From Oligoflexia bacterium (GTDB taxonomy: Bacteria; Bdellovibrionota; Bdellovibrionia; JABDDW01), in contig JAYTHU010000102.1 of the NCBI GenBank assembly GCA_043732305.1, positions 59,750-123,749 on the forward strand: 64,000 bases of DNA. Reading direction: 5' to 3'. Positions 28,592 through 38,591 of the stretch are shown here, in pieces (position 1 is the stretch's first letter; every line of letters starts with the position of its first letter). The notes beneath the pieces are model-generated. The model was given only the letters and a program-made list of their open reading frames with translations. It was not told the origin of the DNA and ran no database searches. The position numbers were made by a program, and so were the translations under genes.

Positions 28592-29254
28592 ATGATACGG
28601 ACACCCAAATACCAACCCATGAATTTTTCAGAAAGGCGCAAACGCCAGGCTTCGCAAAGTATTTTGCAAAAGCAACAATACAAGCACGCTTATTTTCTCA
28701 CGCGCTTTGGAATCATGTTTGGTGTTTTCCTGACTGGCTTCTCGCTCTATCTTTTGAATTCGAACTACTCTCTTTTTGAAAAAACATTGCTGGTTTACGC
28801 ACCAAGTGTTATTGCTTCTCTCACTGACGAACTTCATATTGCGAACGTTTTTTTACTAGGTTCGTTTTTAGCCTACTGCTTTTTCATGGCGCTTTTAGGA
28901 GCGAGAATCTCACATCAAATTGTTGTGCCGGTGTTTTTGATTCAGGAAAAAATGAAAATGCTTTGTCGAGGCGATTTCAAAAACGCCAAACTAAGTATTC
29001 GTAAGAGTGATGATTTTCAAGAGTATTGCGAAACTTATAATCACATGGCGGATATTTTAAAAACGCAAATTGAAATAGATATTGGTCGATTAAAGAACAT
29101 CAAACCCGATCCGAAAAATCATGATGCCACTCACATTTGGGAACAGATGCTGGCAGAAAAACAAGCCCTGTTAGGAATTGGTCCAGCTTCGGCAGAAGCT
29201 TCTAACGCCGCTTTAGAGCTTGATCCAATTCCCTCTTCACGTCGCGCGTCTTGA
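28592..29254 (+). CDS. 2-TM membrane protein with HAMP-like domain
   Basis: Two TM segments, then ISHQIVVPV...GDF...IRKSDDFQE...YNHM; the start may be at 28619. Confidence 0.75.
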   Translation: MIRTPKYQPMNFSERRKRQASQSILQKQQYKHAYFLTRFGIMFGVFLTGFSLYLLNSNYSLFEKTLLVYAPSVIASLTDELHIANVFLLGSFLAYCFFMALLGARISHQIVVPVFLIQEKMKMLCRGDFKNAKLSIRKSDDFQEYCETYNHMADILKTQIEIDIGRLKNIKPDPKNHDATHIWEQMLAEKQALLGIGPASAEASNAALELDPIPSSRRAS

Positions 29255-29651
29255 TGCTATCTCGCTTGTCATGAGATTTCTTCCCTTTAACAAGTGCGAC
29301 TTCTGCTTTCGCGAAACCTTCTTTGAAATAAAGTTTCAGCGGAACCATCGACAAGCCTTTTTCTTTCATAGCGGCAATGATTTTATCAATCTCACGCCTG
29401 TGCATTAAAAGTTTGCGACGTCGCTCTGGCGCGTGATTGTTGTAACTCGAAGCGGAGTATACCCCGATGTGAGAATTCAAAATCCAAAGTTCGTTTTTTT
29501 CGAAAATGACATAACAGTCTTTGAGCTGAGCGTTGCCTGCACGTAGGCTTTTGATCTCGCTTCCAGTCAAAGCCAGGCCGGCTTCAAATTGTTCTAAAAT
29601 GAAGTAGTCATGAAAGGCTTTGCGATTTTGGGCAATGATCTTGATTCCCAT
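29202..29651 (-). CDS. smpB: SsrA-binding protein
   Basis: NRKAFHDY, EAGLALTGSEIKSLR, RRRKLLMH, GKKSHDKR. Confidence 0.97.
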   Translation of the reverse strand: MGIKIIAQNRKAFHDYFILEQFEAGLALTGSEIKSLRAGNAQLKDCYVIFEKNELWILNSHIGVYSASSYNNHAPERRRKLLMHRREIDKIIAAMKEKGLSMVPLKLYFKEGFAKAEVALVKGKKSHDKRDSIKTRDVKRELDQALKRR

Positions 29652-29662
29652 AGTTCCCCACC

Positions 29663-30268
29663 TTACGCCTTTTTGGGCAAGGGCACAACTAAACCTAGAG
29701 ACACGATGATTTTGAAGGCTTGCTCGACGGAGAGCGAGGATTCCTTGGTGTCTTTGCGGGCCACGAAGAAATAAAAACCGTTGGTAGGGATGGGAGTAGT
29801 TGGGAGAAAAACACTGAGCATGGGTTGGTCAAAATTCTTCTGGATCTCATCAGGGATGATTTCTGAAGTCACAAAAGCCAAAGACCAGCCAGCACGTTGC
29901 GGAAATTCCACCAAAACAACTCTTCTAAAATGTTTGTCCTGATTTACAAAAAGAGTTTCTAGAATCTGCTTCACGCTGGTGTAAACAGATCCTAAAATAG
30001 GGATGCGAGAAAATCCATCCGAGGCCAATCCGAAAATAAATCGGCCCAAAATATTTCTTCCTAAAAATCCTGCAAATAGAATCAATAAAATAGAAACGAG
30101 GAAACCTAGACCGGGAATGTGCACAGGCATCCAGTGATTGGTGTAAAGCGCCGAGTCCGCTGCTTCAATGACTGCTTTCACAACCATGTAGCAAATCGCG
30201 AGTGGTCCTAAAACTAGAACGCCGGCGAGAAAGTAATCTTGTAGAATTTTTTTGAATGCATTTAACAT
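29663..30268 (-). CDS. DUF502 membrane protein
   Basis: RIPILGSVY..VKQ, VLVEFP, VFLPTTPIPTNG; start MLNAF overlaps the upstream TAA. Confidence 0.88.
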   Translation of the reverse strand: MLNAFKKILQDYFLAGVLVLGPLAICYMVVKAVIEAADSALYTNHWMPVHIPGLGFLVSILLILFAGFLGRNILGRFIFGLASDGFSRIPILGSVYTSVKQILETLFVNQDKHFRRVVLVEFPQRAGWSLAFVTSEIIPDEIQKNFDQPMLSVFLPTTPIPTNGFYFFVARKDTKESSLSVEQAFKIIVSLGLVVPLPKKA

Positions 30269-31575
30269 TAGAGTTCCGTGGTCAGCGTGATGCCGTAACT
30301 CCAAACCGTTCCACCAATTTTGTAACCGGGATAACCCAAAGAGGCGCTGGAATTTTTAGTCACCTGACGAGGCATAAGATAATGCACAAGCCCCGCAAAA
30401 TCCAATTGAGATTTGAATCCAAGGGCTTTTTCCAAGTTGAGAATGCTAAATCCAAGTCCGACTTCGTGCTTGTCCGAATCCATGAAGTTCAAATCACCAC
30501 TCAAATCGGGAGTCGGCGTGGGCACAAAAGCGTAGCCAATCCGTGCGGCCACAGCCTGCCATTTTCGTTGAAACCCACCGTGTAAACTGATGGTGTCGTG
30601 GAAATTTATGAGAGGCAATGTCTGGCTAAATGTCGATTGAAACGTCTGGAAATTGATTACAATCTGAGAAGACTGGTAGCCACTCCAGCGTTCGATGTTG
30701 GCAGAAAATGACAGTGATTCAATGTCATTTTGATAACTGGTGCTGAGAACATAGGTTTCCGGATTGAACATCACGGACGAATTGACAGCAAACGCGAGTG
30801 GAGCGCCCGTCCCTCCGGGCAAAAGACCAATAGCAGCACTCTGATTTAGAACAAATTGCCCATTTTGAACGCCAAAGTAGCTCGCGCCGACTTTGATTCC
30901 AGCATCGTTGAAACTTTTGATAACTCCGACGGTTGGAGCAAATCCAGGCCTGGCGTCAAGTTTGACCTGGCCCGTGGAGTTGCCACCTGTGGGAAGCTCA
31001 AATTGCGCGTTGCCGGCCATCGTGAGATAAAGCTGTCCACCTAGTCCGAACGCCCAAGAATCACCCAGACTAAAACTTAAATTCATTCCGCCGGTGAAGT
31101 ATTGGGTGTCCGCAAGATACATTGAGTACTGAGGCAGGAAACTATTTTCCGTGTTCACTTCCATAAGCTGTTGAAGTGGGGCCACAATAAAAAATCCCAC
31201 GTTCATGGGATGTTCTCCATGACCCAGCGGAGTTTTAAAGCCAAGCGCAGCTAAAAAAGTGTCTGCCGTTTTTGTGTTCACATCCGAATTGCTTTGGGTG
31301 CAACCGCCGTAAAGCGCAGTCGTGCAAGTCTGAACTTGGCTGATACTGTTGAAAGAGCTCATCGCTCCTTCCATGCTGAATGAAAACAAAGACCCTTTTT
31401 GAAATTGCATAAGCCCTGGATTGTAATTTTGCGAATAAGCGTCAAGAGGGAGTGCACTATTCGAATTACCTAGAGATTGTGCGTTGGCACCTAAACCGTA
31501 AAGACTTTGCTGATTAGCAAAGCTCAAGCTTGAAAACAAAATCATACAGAAAGAAAACAGAAAACCTCGCATCAC
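30268..31575 (-). CDS. Outer-membrane beta-barrel, FadL/OmpP1 family
   Basis: Signal peptide, YNPGL plug motif, RIGY..PTP, amphipathic beta strands. Confidence 0.72.
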   Translation of the reverse strand: MMRGFLFSFCMILFSSLSFANQQSLYGLGANAQSLGNSNSALPLDAYSQNYNPGLMQFQKGSLFSFSMEGAMSSFNSISQVQTCTTALYGGCTQSNSDVNTKTADTFLAALGFKTPLGHGEHPMNVGFFIVAPLQQLMEVNTENSFLPQYSMYLADTQYFTGGMNLSFSLGDSWAFGLGGQLYLTMAGNAQFELPTGGNSTGQVKLDARPGFAPTVGVIKSFNDAGIKVGASYFGVQNGQFVLNQSAAIGLLPGGTGAPLAFAVNSSVMFNPETYVLSTSYQNDIESLSFSANIERWSGYQSSQIVINFQTFQSTFSQTLPLINFHDTISLHGGFQRKWQAVAARIGYAFVPTPTPDLSGDLNFMDSDKHEVGLGFSILNLEKALGFKSQLDFAGLVHYLMPRQVTKNSSASLGYPGYKIGGTVWSYGITLTTEL

Positions 31576-32399
31576 AAACTCCCTAGACTATCGTGAAGAT
31601 CTCGAAACATTTCTGACGTAAGGTCTTGTGCCCTTGCAGCGTCAGCGATTTTCAACTTTGAGAATATTTCGATGAGGATCTCTTTTTCGAAACCTCCTCG
31701 CAAGTTTGAGATTAACTTCTTCCTTCTCTGCGAGAACGCGAGCTTAACAAAACCTATGAATTTTTCAGGACGCTTGGGAAGTCCCGTTGTTTTTCTTTGA
31801 AAACTTAAAACGCGACTACCAACATTGGGCACGGGATGAAAATCTTGAGGTCCCGCATCGATAAGCTTTTGAATATTCCAAAAATTTTGGGCAACCACTG
31901 AAAGCAAACCGTAATCATCTGATTGGTAAGTAGACATGATTCTTTCGGCGACTTCTTTTTGAAACATCAGAACCATAGAGTCAAAAACGGGCAGTGGACT
32001 TAATTCCATAACCATAGAAGCCGCAATTGAATATGGAAGATTACTTACAAGACTTGCTGGCGCCTCATATTTTTCCTCTGCCCAATCCATCCGGAGAGCG
32101 TCTTTATGAATAATATGAAAATCGAGAGATTTTTCTAATTTAAATTCTTCCCAGAATTTCACCAGACCACTGTCAAACTCAACCATCACAAATTTTCCAT
32201 CAGTCTTGGTGATCAGTTCATCTGTTAGAGCACCAAGGCCGGGACCAATTTCTACAACAGTCTTCGGATGATGACGAAGAGTTTCACCTACGATGCGATC
32301 ACAGATGGGGCCATTGACTAGAAAATTTTGGCCGAGTCTTTTGAGCGGCTGAACCCCAGCTTTTTGAAGTCTGATATCTAATTCTTTTTTTGAATGCAT
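31572..32399 (-). CDS. rsmA: 16S rRNA m6,2A dimethyltransferase
   Basis: LGQNFL, EIGPGLGALT, SNLPY, MFQKEVAER, FSQRRK. Confidence 0.96.
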   Translation of the reverse strand: MHSKKELDIRLQKAGVQPLKRLGQNFLVNGPICDRIVGETLRHHPKTVVEIGPGLGALTDELITKTDGKFVMVEFDSGLVKFWEEFKLEKSLDFHIIHKDALRMDWAEEKYEAPASLVSNLPYSIAASMVMELSPLPVFDSMVLMFQKEVAERIMSTYQSDDYGLLSVVAQNFWNIQKLIDAGPQDFHPVPNVGSRVLSFQRKTTGLPKRPEKFIGFVKLAFSQRRKKLISNLRGGFEKEILIEIFSKLKIADAARAQDLTSEMFRDLHDSLGSL

Positions 32400-32402
32400 G
32401 CC

Positions 32403-33461
32403 CTACCCTAACTCACTGGTGTTCTTAGTGGCGAGTGCCGAAAGTTTTAAATCACTTCTATCGCCTTGATTCATGCGTAAAATTCCAATCATGCCGATCA
32501 TCGCCGCATTGTCAGTGCAGAAGCGCGGTGGCGCAATCAAAACTTCTATACCTAAAAGCTTTCCTTTTTCTTCTGCACGGGCTTTAAGACGAGAGTTACT
32601 GGCAACCCCACCTGTAATGAGCGCGCGTTTGACACCCGCCTGCTTCACTGCTTTAAATAATTTTTCGACCAAAACATCGACGATTGCCTCTTGATAGCTC
32701 GCGCAGATATCTTCAATCGACAAGTCTTTTTTCTCCGCCTTCACTCGACCCGCGGTCTTCAATCCGGAAAAGCTGAAATTTAAATCTTTGGAGTGCAAGA
32801 GTGGCCGAGGAAAATCAAAAGCTTTTATATTTCCGTTTTGCGCCTGCTCGTCAATCAAACGTCCCGCGGGATAGCCGAGCCCAATGACTTTTCCAAATTT
32901 ATCAAAAGCCTCACCGGCGGCATCGTCTAAGGTTCGTCCAAGGACTTTATATTTTCCAAATTTCGTTGAATGCACAAGACTTGTGTGGCCACCGCTCACG
33001 CAGAGACCGACAAACGGTTCGGCAAAGTTCTTCTCTAAATTAAATTTTTCATCGCTTAAGAATGGCGCGTACAAATGCCCTTCGAGATGATTCACTCCTA
33101 AAACAGGCAAGTCGTGTACAAGCCCCAAAGTCTTTGCAACAGTGACTCCAACAAGCAGTGATCCTAATAAACCCGGTCGCGAAGTCACTACGATCCCGCC
33201 AATTTCATCCCATCCCATTTTAGAATCCTTCATTGATTTCTCAATCAGTGGGCCAATGCGCATGGTGTGATTTCGACAAGCAAGTTCGGGAATCACGCCA
33301 CCAAAAGGGGCGTGAACGTCATCTTGATTTTGACTATTGATAGCGCGAACAAAACCTGCGCTCGAAACGATGGCAACAGAAGTGTCATCGCAACTGGTTT
33401 CAATGGCGAGAACGTATTTTATTTCAGATTGGTCAGACGATATTTTGCTTTTTTTGCCCAT
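32403..33461 (-). CDS. tsaD: tRNA N6-threonylcarbamoyladenosine transferase
   Basis: LAIETSCDDT, NHLEGH, VSGGHT, DDAAGEAFDK, FSFSGLKT, CTDNAAMI. Confidence 0.97.
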   Translation of the reverse strand: MGKKSKISSDQSEIKYVLAIETSCDDTSVAIVSSAGFVRAINSQNQDDVHAPFGGVIPELACRNHTMRIGPLIEKSMKDSKMGWDEIGGIVVTSRPGLLGSLLVGVTVAKTLGLVHDLPVLGVNHLEGHLYAPFLSDEKFNLEKNFAEPFVGLCVSGGHTSLVHSTKFGKYKVLGRTLDDAAGEAFDKFGKVIGLGYPAGRLIDEQAQNGNIKAFDFPRPLLHSKDLNFSFSGLKTAGRVKAEKKDLSIEDICASYQEAIVDVLVEKLFKAVKQAGVKRALITGGVASNSRLKARAEEKGKLLGIEVLIAPPRFCTDNAAMIGMIGILRMNQGDRSDLKLSALATKNTSELG

Positions 33462-34141
33462 GAACTGCTCGGATAATTATCTATCACATCTTTGTAGAAT
33501 TCCTTCGCATCTTTTTTGAAGCCTAATTCACCAAAGCAAACACCTATCTTGTAGGTCGATTCAGGCAAAGATTTTCCCTTGGGATTCTTATCAATGTAGG
33601 CCTGAAAGGCCACGATAGACTTTTTGTAATCTTTAGCCCGGAAAAGTGTTTCAGCTTCAGCAAGAGGGCCCGCCGGGACTGGGTCTATTTGAGCTGTCAC
33701 GGGAATTCCGCCAGTCGCGGACACAGGCACCGAAGATTTTACGCTCGCAGGACTTGCTGGAATAGCCATTCCACCGGACGCGGCTTGGATGGCAGCAGTG
33801 AGACGAATTTCGGTAGCATCTATGTGCTCTTGTACCATTTTAATTTTTTCATTTTGCTGATCTATTAAACTTCTTAATTTGTCCAATTCTTGTTTCACGG
33901 AACTAGCGGAAACTTCGTGATTGTGATCGATCGCGTCCATGCGTCCATTCAAAGATCTTTGATCAGCCATGACGTCATTGTATTTCAAATCATCATCAGC
34001 TTTGGACCTCTGAATATGGGTGACTTGATCTTTCATTTGTTTTTTTTCTTCGTCTTGCTTTTGCAACTCGTCTCGAGTCATTAATGCGCAGGCAGAAAGT
34101 GGAATGGCAAGACTTAGTAAAAGAAAGTTTTTAATTTTCAT
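33419..34141 (-). CDS. cpoB: Tol-Pal associated CpoB/YbgF-like lipoprotein (coiled coil + TPR)
   Basis: LSAC lipobox, N-terminal coiled coil, C-terminal TPR; downstream of pal. Confidence 0.78.
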   Translation of the reverse strand: MKIKNFLLLSLAIPLSACALMTRDELQKQDEEKKQMKDQVTHIQRSKADDDLKYNDVMADQRSLNGRMDAIDHNHEVSASSVKQELDKLRSLIDQQNEKIKMVQEHIDATEIRLTAAIQAASGGMAIPASPASVKSSVPVSATGGIPVTAQIDPVPAGPLAEAETLFRAKDYKKSIVAFQAYIDKNPKGKSLPESTYKIGVCFGELGFKKDAKEFYKDVIDNYPSSSWAKKAKYRLTNLK

Positions 34142-34455
34142 AGAGCTTCATCTCCTGCTTTTTGTCTTTGGACTCGAGCCATATCTTCAGCTTTTTCCGC
34201 AAATTCTCGAGCTGAATCAAAACCAACTATGGCGTCATAATAAGACTTGTCGTTGTAATTATTCATGGCTTTACGAAAAGATTCTTCGGCTTTGTAAAAC
34301 AATCCGGGGGCATATCTTGCAGCATCCACGTCCTTGGCAGCAGCGAGAGCTTCTCGAGCTAAGACCATAGGAAGATGGGGTTGCGGCGTCACACAAGAGG
34401 TCAACGCCGCGATTCCAATCAGTGTTAAAAAAAATCTCTTACTTTTGAACAACAA
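34138..34455 (-). CDS. Small lipoprotein, DUF4398-like
   Basis: LTSC lipobox; AREALAAAK..DAARYAP..F.KAE. Start probably TTG 34455 or 34452, overlapping the pal end. Confidence 0.68.
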   Translation of the reverse strand: MLFKSKRFFLTLIGIAALTSCVTPQPHLPMVLAREALAAAKDVDAARYAPGLFYKAEESFRKAMNNYNDKSYYDAIVGFDSAREFAEKAEDMARVQRQKAGDEAL

Positions 34456-34957
34456 AGTTAGCTCGTCGATTTTTTGCATCGGCGGCGTCTGATTCAGCAT
34501 TGTCTAAAGGTTTTTCTTTTCCGTAACTGATGGTTGTCATCTTGGAAGCGTCAGCACCGATATTTACCATGTAAGCTTTGACGGCTTTTGCGCGTCTTTC
34601 GCCAAGTGCAAGATTGTACTCGATTGATCCGTGACGATCACAATGACCTTCGATTTGTAAAACAACATCAGGATGAGCTTTCATCCAATCAGCATTTTTT
34701 TGAGCTTTTGATTTTGCATCAGAAGTCATAGCTGCTTTGTCATAATCGAAATTTAAAGTGAAAAGACCAGCGATGTTTCCGCTGTCACTGCCCTGAACAT
34801 CAAACGAAAGGTCTTTGCTTTGAACATTGGTATCTTGAACCGCAGGAGTAGCTGTAGAGTCAGTAATAACCGGAGGAGCTTCGGGAGCGACTTCTTTTTT
34901 CGCACATCCAAAAAACATAAACGCTGCCAATGATATAACTAAAATTCTCGCGGTCAT
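34439..34957 (-). CDS. pal: Peptidoglycan-associated lipoprotein
   Basis: FFGC lipobox, FDYDK, IEGHCD.HGS.EYNLALGERRA, SYGKEKP, NRRA; AAGGAG RBS. Confidence 0.93.
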   Translation of the reverse strand: MTARILVISLAAFMFFGCAKKEVAPEAPPVITDSTATPAVQDTNVQSKDLSFDVQGSDSGNIAGLFTLNFDYDKAAMTSDAKSKAQKNADWMKAHPDVVLQIEGHCDRHGSIEYNLALGERRAKAVKAYMVNIGADASKMTTISYGKEKPLDNAESDAADAKNRRANFVVQK

Positions 34958-35016
34958 TTCCGTCTCCTTGTTTAAAGTAATTGCCAACATCCTACATGTC
35001 AGGCCACAATTTACAA

Positions 35017-37986
35017 ATGAAAAATAAGCTCTCATCAAGACGAAGCGCAGCATCTGGATCCTTTTTTTCGACACTTTTGATTTTCTTAATTTTTTGGGGA
35101 GCTCCATCCCAGTCCCAAATTTTAGGTTTTACCGGAACGGCTCTCCCCGTAGACCCTTATCGGCAGTGGAAAGCCATCGAAACAACTCATTTTGAAATTA
35201 TATATGACAGCACTCAAACAGATCTCGCGTTGAAATTTGCCGCAGAAGCAGAACGTGCAAATGATTTACTCCAACCTTTGATTCACACCCCTCCAGCAAG
35301 AAAAATCATCATTAATCTTGCCGATATCACGGATAGCTCCAACGGTTCGGCAACAAGTTTTCCTCGGCCAACTATTCAATTGTTTCCAGTTTTGCCCTCA
35401 GCTGACGATTCAACGAGTGAATATTACGATTGGCAAAGAGAACTGATACAGCATGAACTCACACACATTTTAAATTTTGAACCGTCTTCTGGAATAATGG
35501 GTTTTGTTAACTCTGTTTTTGGAAGTGTTTGGAAACCGAATTCATTTTTGCCGAGATGGTACACGGAAGGCTTAGCTGTCGAAATGGAAAGTCGTCTCAC
35601 TCCCGTGGGCCGTGGACGAAGTCACTATTACTCTGCACTTGGCAGAGCTTTCCAGGAGACCGGCGAAAGGGGTTTAGAAACTATTGATCGAATCAATGCC
35701 ACTCAAATTCCCTCTTGGCCACGCGGACAAAGACCCTATTTTTTAGGTTATGAATTAATACATAGTTTAAGTTTAATACCAAACACTCAATCTGTTGCTG
35801 GCGACCAGATTTATGGCGTTTTAAATCAGCAATATGGTCACCGCATGCCGTGGTTCATCAACGGCCCCGCCGAAAAAGATTTCGGCAAGGACTATGCAAG
35901 TCTTTTAAACGATATGTATGATGTGACCGAAACCGTTTTTAAAGCACAGCTGAATTCTCTCGCTGCCCACGGTGCCGGAAACGGAAAACCTCTCGATCAG
36001 CCAGGATATTATAATAAGACTACTCGAATTTCACCTGATGGCTTGAAACTTGCCGCAGTGGTAAATATTTTCAACGACGATCCCACGGTACAAGTTTGGG
36101 TGAGACCCAACACCAGCACTCCGTTTGATTCGCTCACTCAAAAACCAGCTCTCATCACCGATGGGAAATATGTGGTGGAAAATTCAGTCGCATGGAGTGG
36201 AGATTCGCAAACTATTATTTTTGATCGCCTTGAACCTTACAAACATTACAACGAGTACAGCGATCTCTTCGAATACGATCTAAGAACTGGAAAACAGAAA
36301 CGTTTGACTCATGGTCTTCGCGCTCGCGAAGCGTCTGTTTTACCAAATGGCGATTTGATATTTGTCATCGCATCCGGCACACAAACATCCCTTGCGCAAT
36401 CTGATGCGAACGGAAATAATGTCAAAACCATTTATGCCGCCCCTTTCGGCCACCGTGTTTCAACCCCTCATTACTTTAAATTTAAAAATCACGACGCCAT
36501 CATTTATTCCCATCGAGACAACTTGGGACACGAGTGGATTGAAACGCTAGTGAATAACGATAAGCCAGAGATCATCGCGCTCACTAAAGCGGCAAAAATC
36601 GGCGACATTCATAAAGCTCCCGTCGTTGATCATCTAGAGCCGGATGTGTTTTATTTCTCTGCAAGTTTGGGCGGAGTGATGAATGTGTACAAGTGGAAAA
36701 ACAATTCTATCACTGCGGTGACTAACGTCACCACTTATGCCGATTCTCCAGAGGTGGATTCCTGGACCAAGGAAATTCTTTTCTCTCGTTTGACTTCTAA
36801 AGGCTTTGAAATCGAAGCCCTGCCTCTTAATGATTCCGCGGTCGTGCCTCCCGCAGCGGCACTGGCGCCAATGCATCAATATCCGCCGGCCGATGAGAAA
36901 CCAGCGGCGCCTGCCATACTCACAAGTGCGGAACAAGATTACAAACCGTCTTCTTATTTACTTCCGCAATATTGGATTCCTTATGTGAACTTTGTCCCCG
37001 GTGGAAACATTTTTGATATTTCAACCTCAGGCAAGGATCCTTTGAATATTCATCAGTATGCGATTGATCTTGGGTTCGACACTCGTGCTCAAAAACCAAC
37101 GGAAACAGTTTCATACACGAACGGTTCACAACCGTTTTTGATCGATGGCTATTTTACCAATGAATATATTTATCTCGCAGGATTAGGGTCAGCCGAACAT
37201 TTGATTTACGGTTCTATCGACACTCAACATTTCTTGCAGCCAAATAAAAACGAGTGGGTTTTAAGTCCCATGTTTTCTTACAAGATGACTGACTACCCAG
37301 GCTACCTATTTACCGAAATGGGTCCCGGTCTCACTCTCACCTATACAAATTTTAATCCCCGCAAAGATTATGAAATCAGTATCGAACATGGCTACTCCCT
37401 GACTGCAGGCTACAATTACATGACCCCATGGGGAAACACGAGCTACAACAACGTGAATGGTTCAGCGACTCTTTACGTTTCAGGAAAGCCTTTGCCCCCA
37501 CGCAACGTTTTGAAATTTCATTTGGCCGCTTGGGTTTCCCCTCCGCAACAAACAATTCTCACGGGATCGCAGCAGGCAGGTGGAGAATATGGCAGTCCCT
37601 TTTTTATCCAACCGTTTGTAGTTCGCGGATATCCATACGGAGAATTTATTGGCTCATCTTTGTACAACGGGAATATCGAATACCGTATCCCACTTGTTTA
37701 CCCGTATGGCGGATTGGGGACACTTCCTGCATTTTGCAATTCTCTACAACTTGATTTTGTCGGCGATGTTCTAACCCTCGATGGGGGATTTTACGATTCT
37801 AATAGCGGGAGTCTCACGTCGACAAGATTCGGAACTTATTACGCCAGCACCGGTGCCGAAATCAAAGGCGACTTCCAAGTATTCTACGGCTTCCCCATTG
37901 CACTCAAACTCGGCTATTATTACGGCTTCACTCAAAAAGCCTTTGGCGGCAGCGCTTTGTTTTTAGGATTTTCAACGCTGCTTTAA
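35017..37986 (+). CDS. Large outer-membrane protein: gluzincin-like domain + TolB-like propeller + Omp85-like barrel
   Basis: QHELTH plus WYTEGLA; ISPDG and WSGD PD40-like repeats; C-terminal VRGY and IEYRIPL. Confidence 0.72.
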   Translation: MKNKLSSRRSAASGSFFSTLLIFLIFWGAPSQSQILGFTGTALPVDPYRQWKAIETTHFEIIYDSTQTDLALKFAAEAERANDLLQPLIHTPPARKIIINLADITDSSNGSATSFPRPTIQLFPVLPSADDSTSEYYDWQRELIQHELTHILNFEPSSGIMGFVNSVFGSVWKPNSFLPRWYTEGLAVEMESRLTPVGRGRSHYYSALGRAFQETGERGLETIDRINATQIPSWPRGQRPYFLGYELIHSLSLIPNTQSVAGDQIYGVLNQQYGHRMPWFINGPAEKDFGKDYASLLNDMYDVTETVFKAQLNSLAAHGAGNGKPLDQPGYYNKTTRISPDGLKLAAVVNIFNDDPTVQVWVRPNTSTPFDSLTQKPALITDGKYVVENSVAWSGDSQTIIFDRLEPYKHYNEYSDLFEYDLRTGKQKRLTHGLRAREASVLPNGDLIFVIASGTQTSLAQSDANGNNVKTIYAAPFGHRVSTPHYFKFKNHDAIIYSHRDNLGHEWIETLVNNDKPEIIALTKAAKIGDIHKAPVVDHLEPDVFYFSASLGGVMNVYKWKNNSITAVTNVTTYADSPEVDSWTKEILFSRLTSKGFEIEALPLNDSAVVPPAAALAPMHQYPPADEKPAAPAILTSAEQDYKPSSYLLPQYWIPYVNFVPGGNIFDISTSGKDPLNIHQYAIDLGFDTRAQKPTETVSYTNGSQPFLIDGYFTNEYIYLAGLGSAEHLIYGSIDTQHFLQPNKNEWVLSPMFSYKMTDYPGYLFTEMGPGLTLTYTNFNPRKDYEISIEHGYSLTAGYNYMTPWGNTSYNNVNGSATLYVSGKPLPPRNVLKFHLAAWVSPPQQTILTGSQQAGGEYGSPFFIQPFVVRGYPYGEFIGSSLYNGNIEYRIPLVYPYGGLGTLPAFCNSLQLDFVGDVLTLDGGFYDSNSGSLTSTRFGTYYASTGAEIKGDFQVFYGFPIALKLGYYYGFTQKAFGGSALFLGFSTLL

Positions 37987-38591
37987 TGAACGTCAAAGTT
38001 TATTCTCAGGCGGATTTTGGAGTCAATCGCCTGGTGATTTTGCTCGGCAGGACGAAAGCGCCATTGTTTGGCGGCATTTAATGCGATCACATCGAGTTCG
38101 TCGTTCCCACTTGAACCGATTAAACGTGGGACGGCTGTCCCTTGAGAATTCACCAGAAATTCAATAACCACACTCGAGTTGATATCTTTGTCTCGCAAGT
38201 AAGAAGGAATGGAAGGCGCCGGGGCAACAAGCGCGACAGGACCATGATTGGCTAAAGCCTGAGGGCCCGCTACCGTCTGATTTTTTTCTTCAACCGCGGC
38301 TGGCGTGGAAATTCTTTGAGCTTTTGTCGTCGTCGTAGTTTTGCTGATGACGCGCTCATGAACACGCGGAGCTGCTGTTCTTTTCACTTCAGTGAGATGA
38401 CCTTCGGGGGGCGGCTGAAAAACTTCAGCCTGAATAAATTTAGATTCGTCCAATCCTTCTTTTTGCGGATGAGCGAGCCAATGTTCCTGAATTCCAAAAG
38501 CAGTGAGAATTGAAAATTCGACCAGTGCCGCGAGAAAAAAAGCCTTCACCAAAATTTTTGATTCAGTTCGATTTATCTCGGCGATATTCAT
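37983..38591 (-). CDS. tonB: TonB family energy transducer
   Basis: N-terminal TM; C-terminal SSGNDELD..AL.AAKQWRFRPA. Confidence 0.88.
   Translation of the reverse strand: MNIAEINRTESKILVKAFFLAALVEFSILTAFGIQEHWLAHPQKEGLDESKFIQAEVFQPPPEGHLTEVKRTAAPRVHERVISKTTTTTKAQRISTPAAVEEKNQTVAGPQALANHGPVALVAPAPSIPSYLRDKDINSSVVIEFLVNSQGTAVPRLIGSSGNDELDVIALNAAKQWRFRPAEQNHQAIDSKIRLRINFDVH

Noticed and set aside
29202..29662. Possible tmRNA (ssrA) next to smpB
   Set aside because: Both flanks are fully occupied by CDSs and there are no tRNA-like ends.
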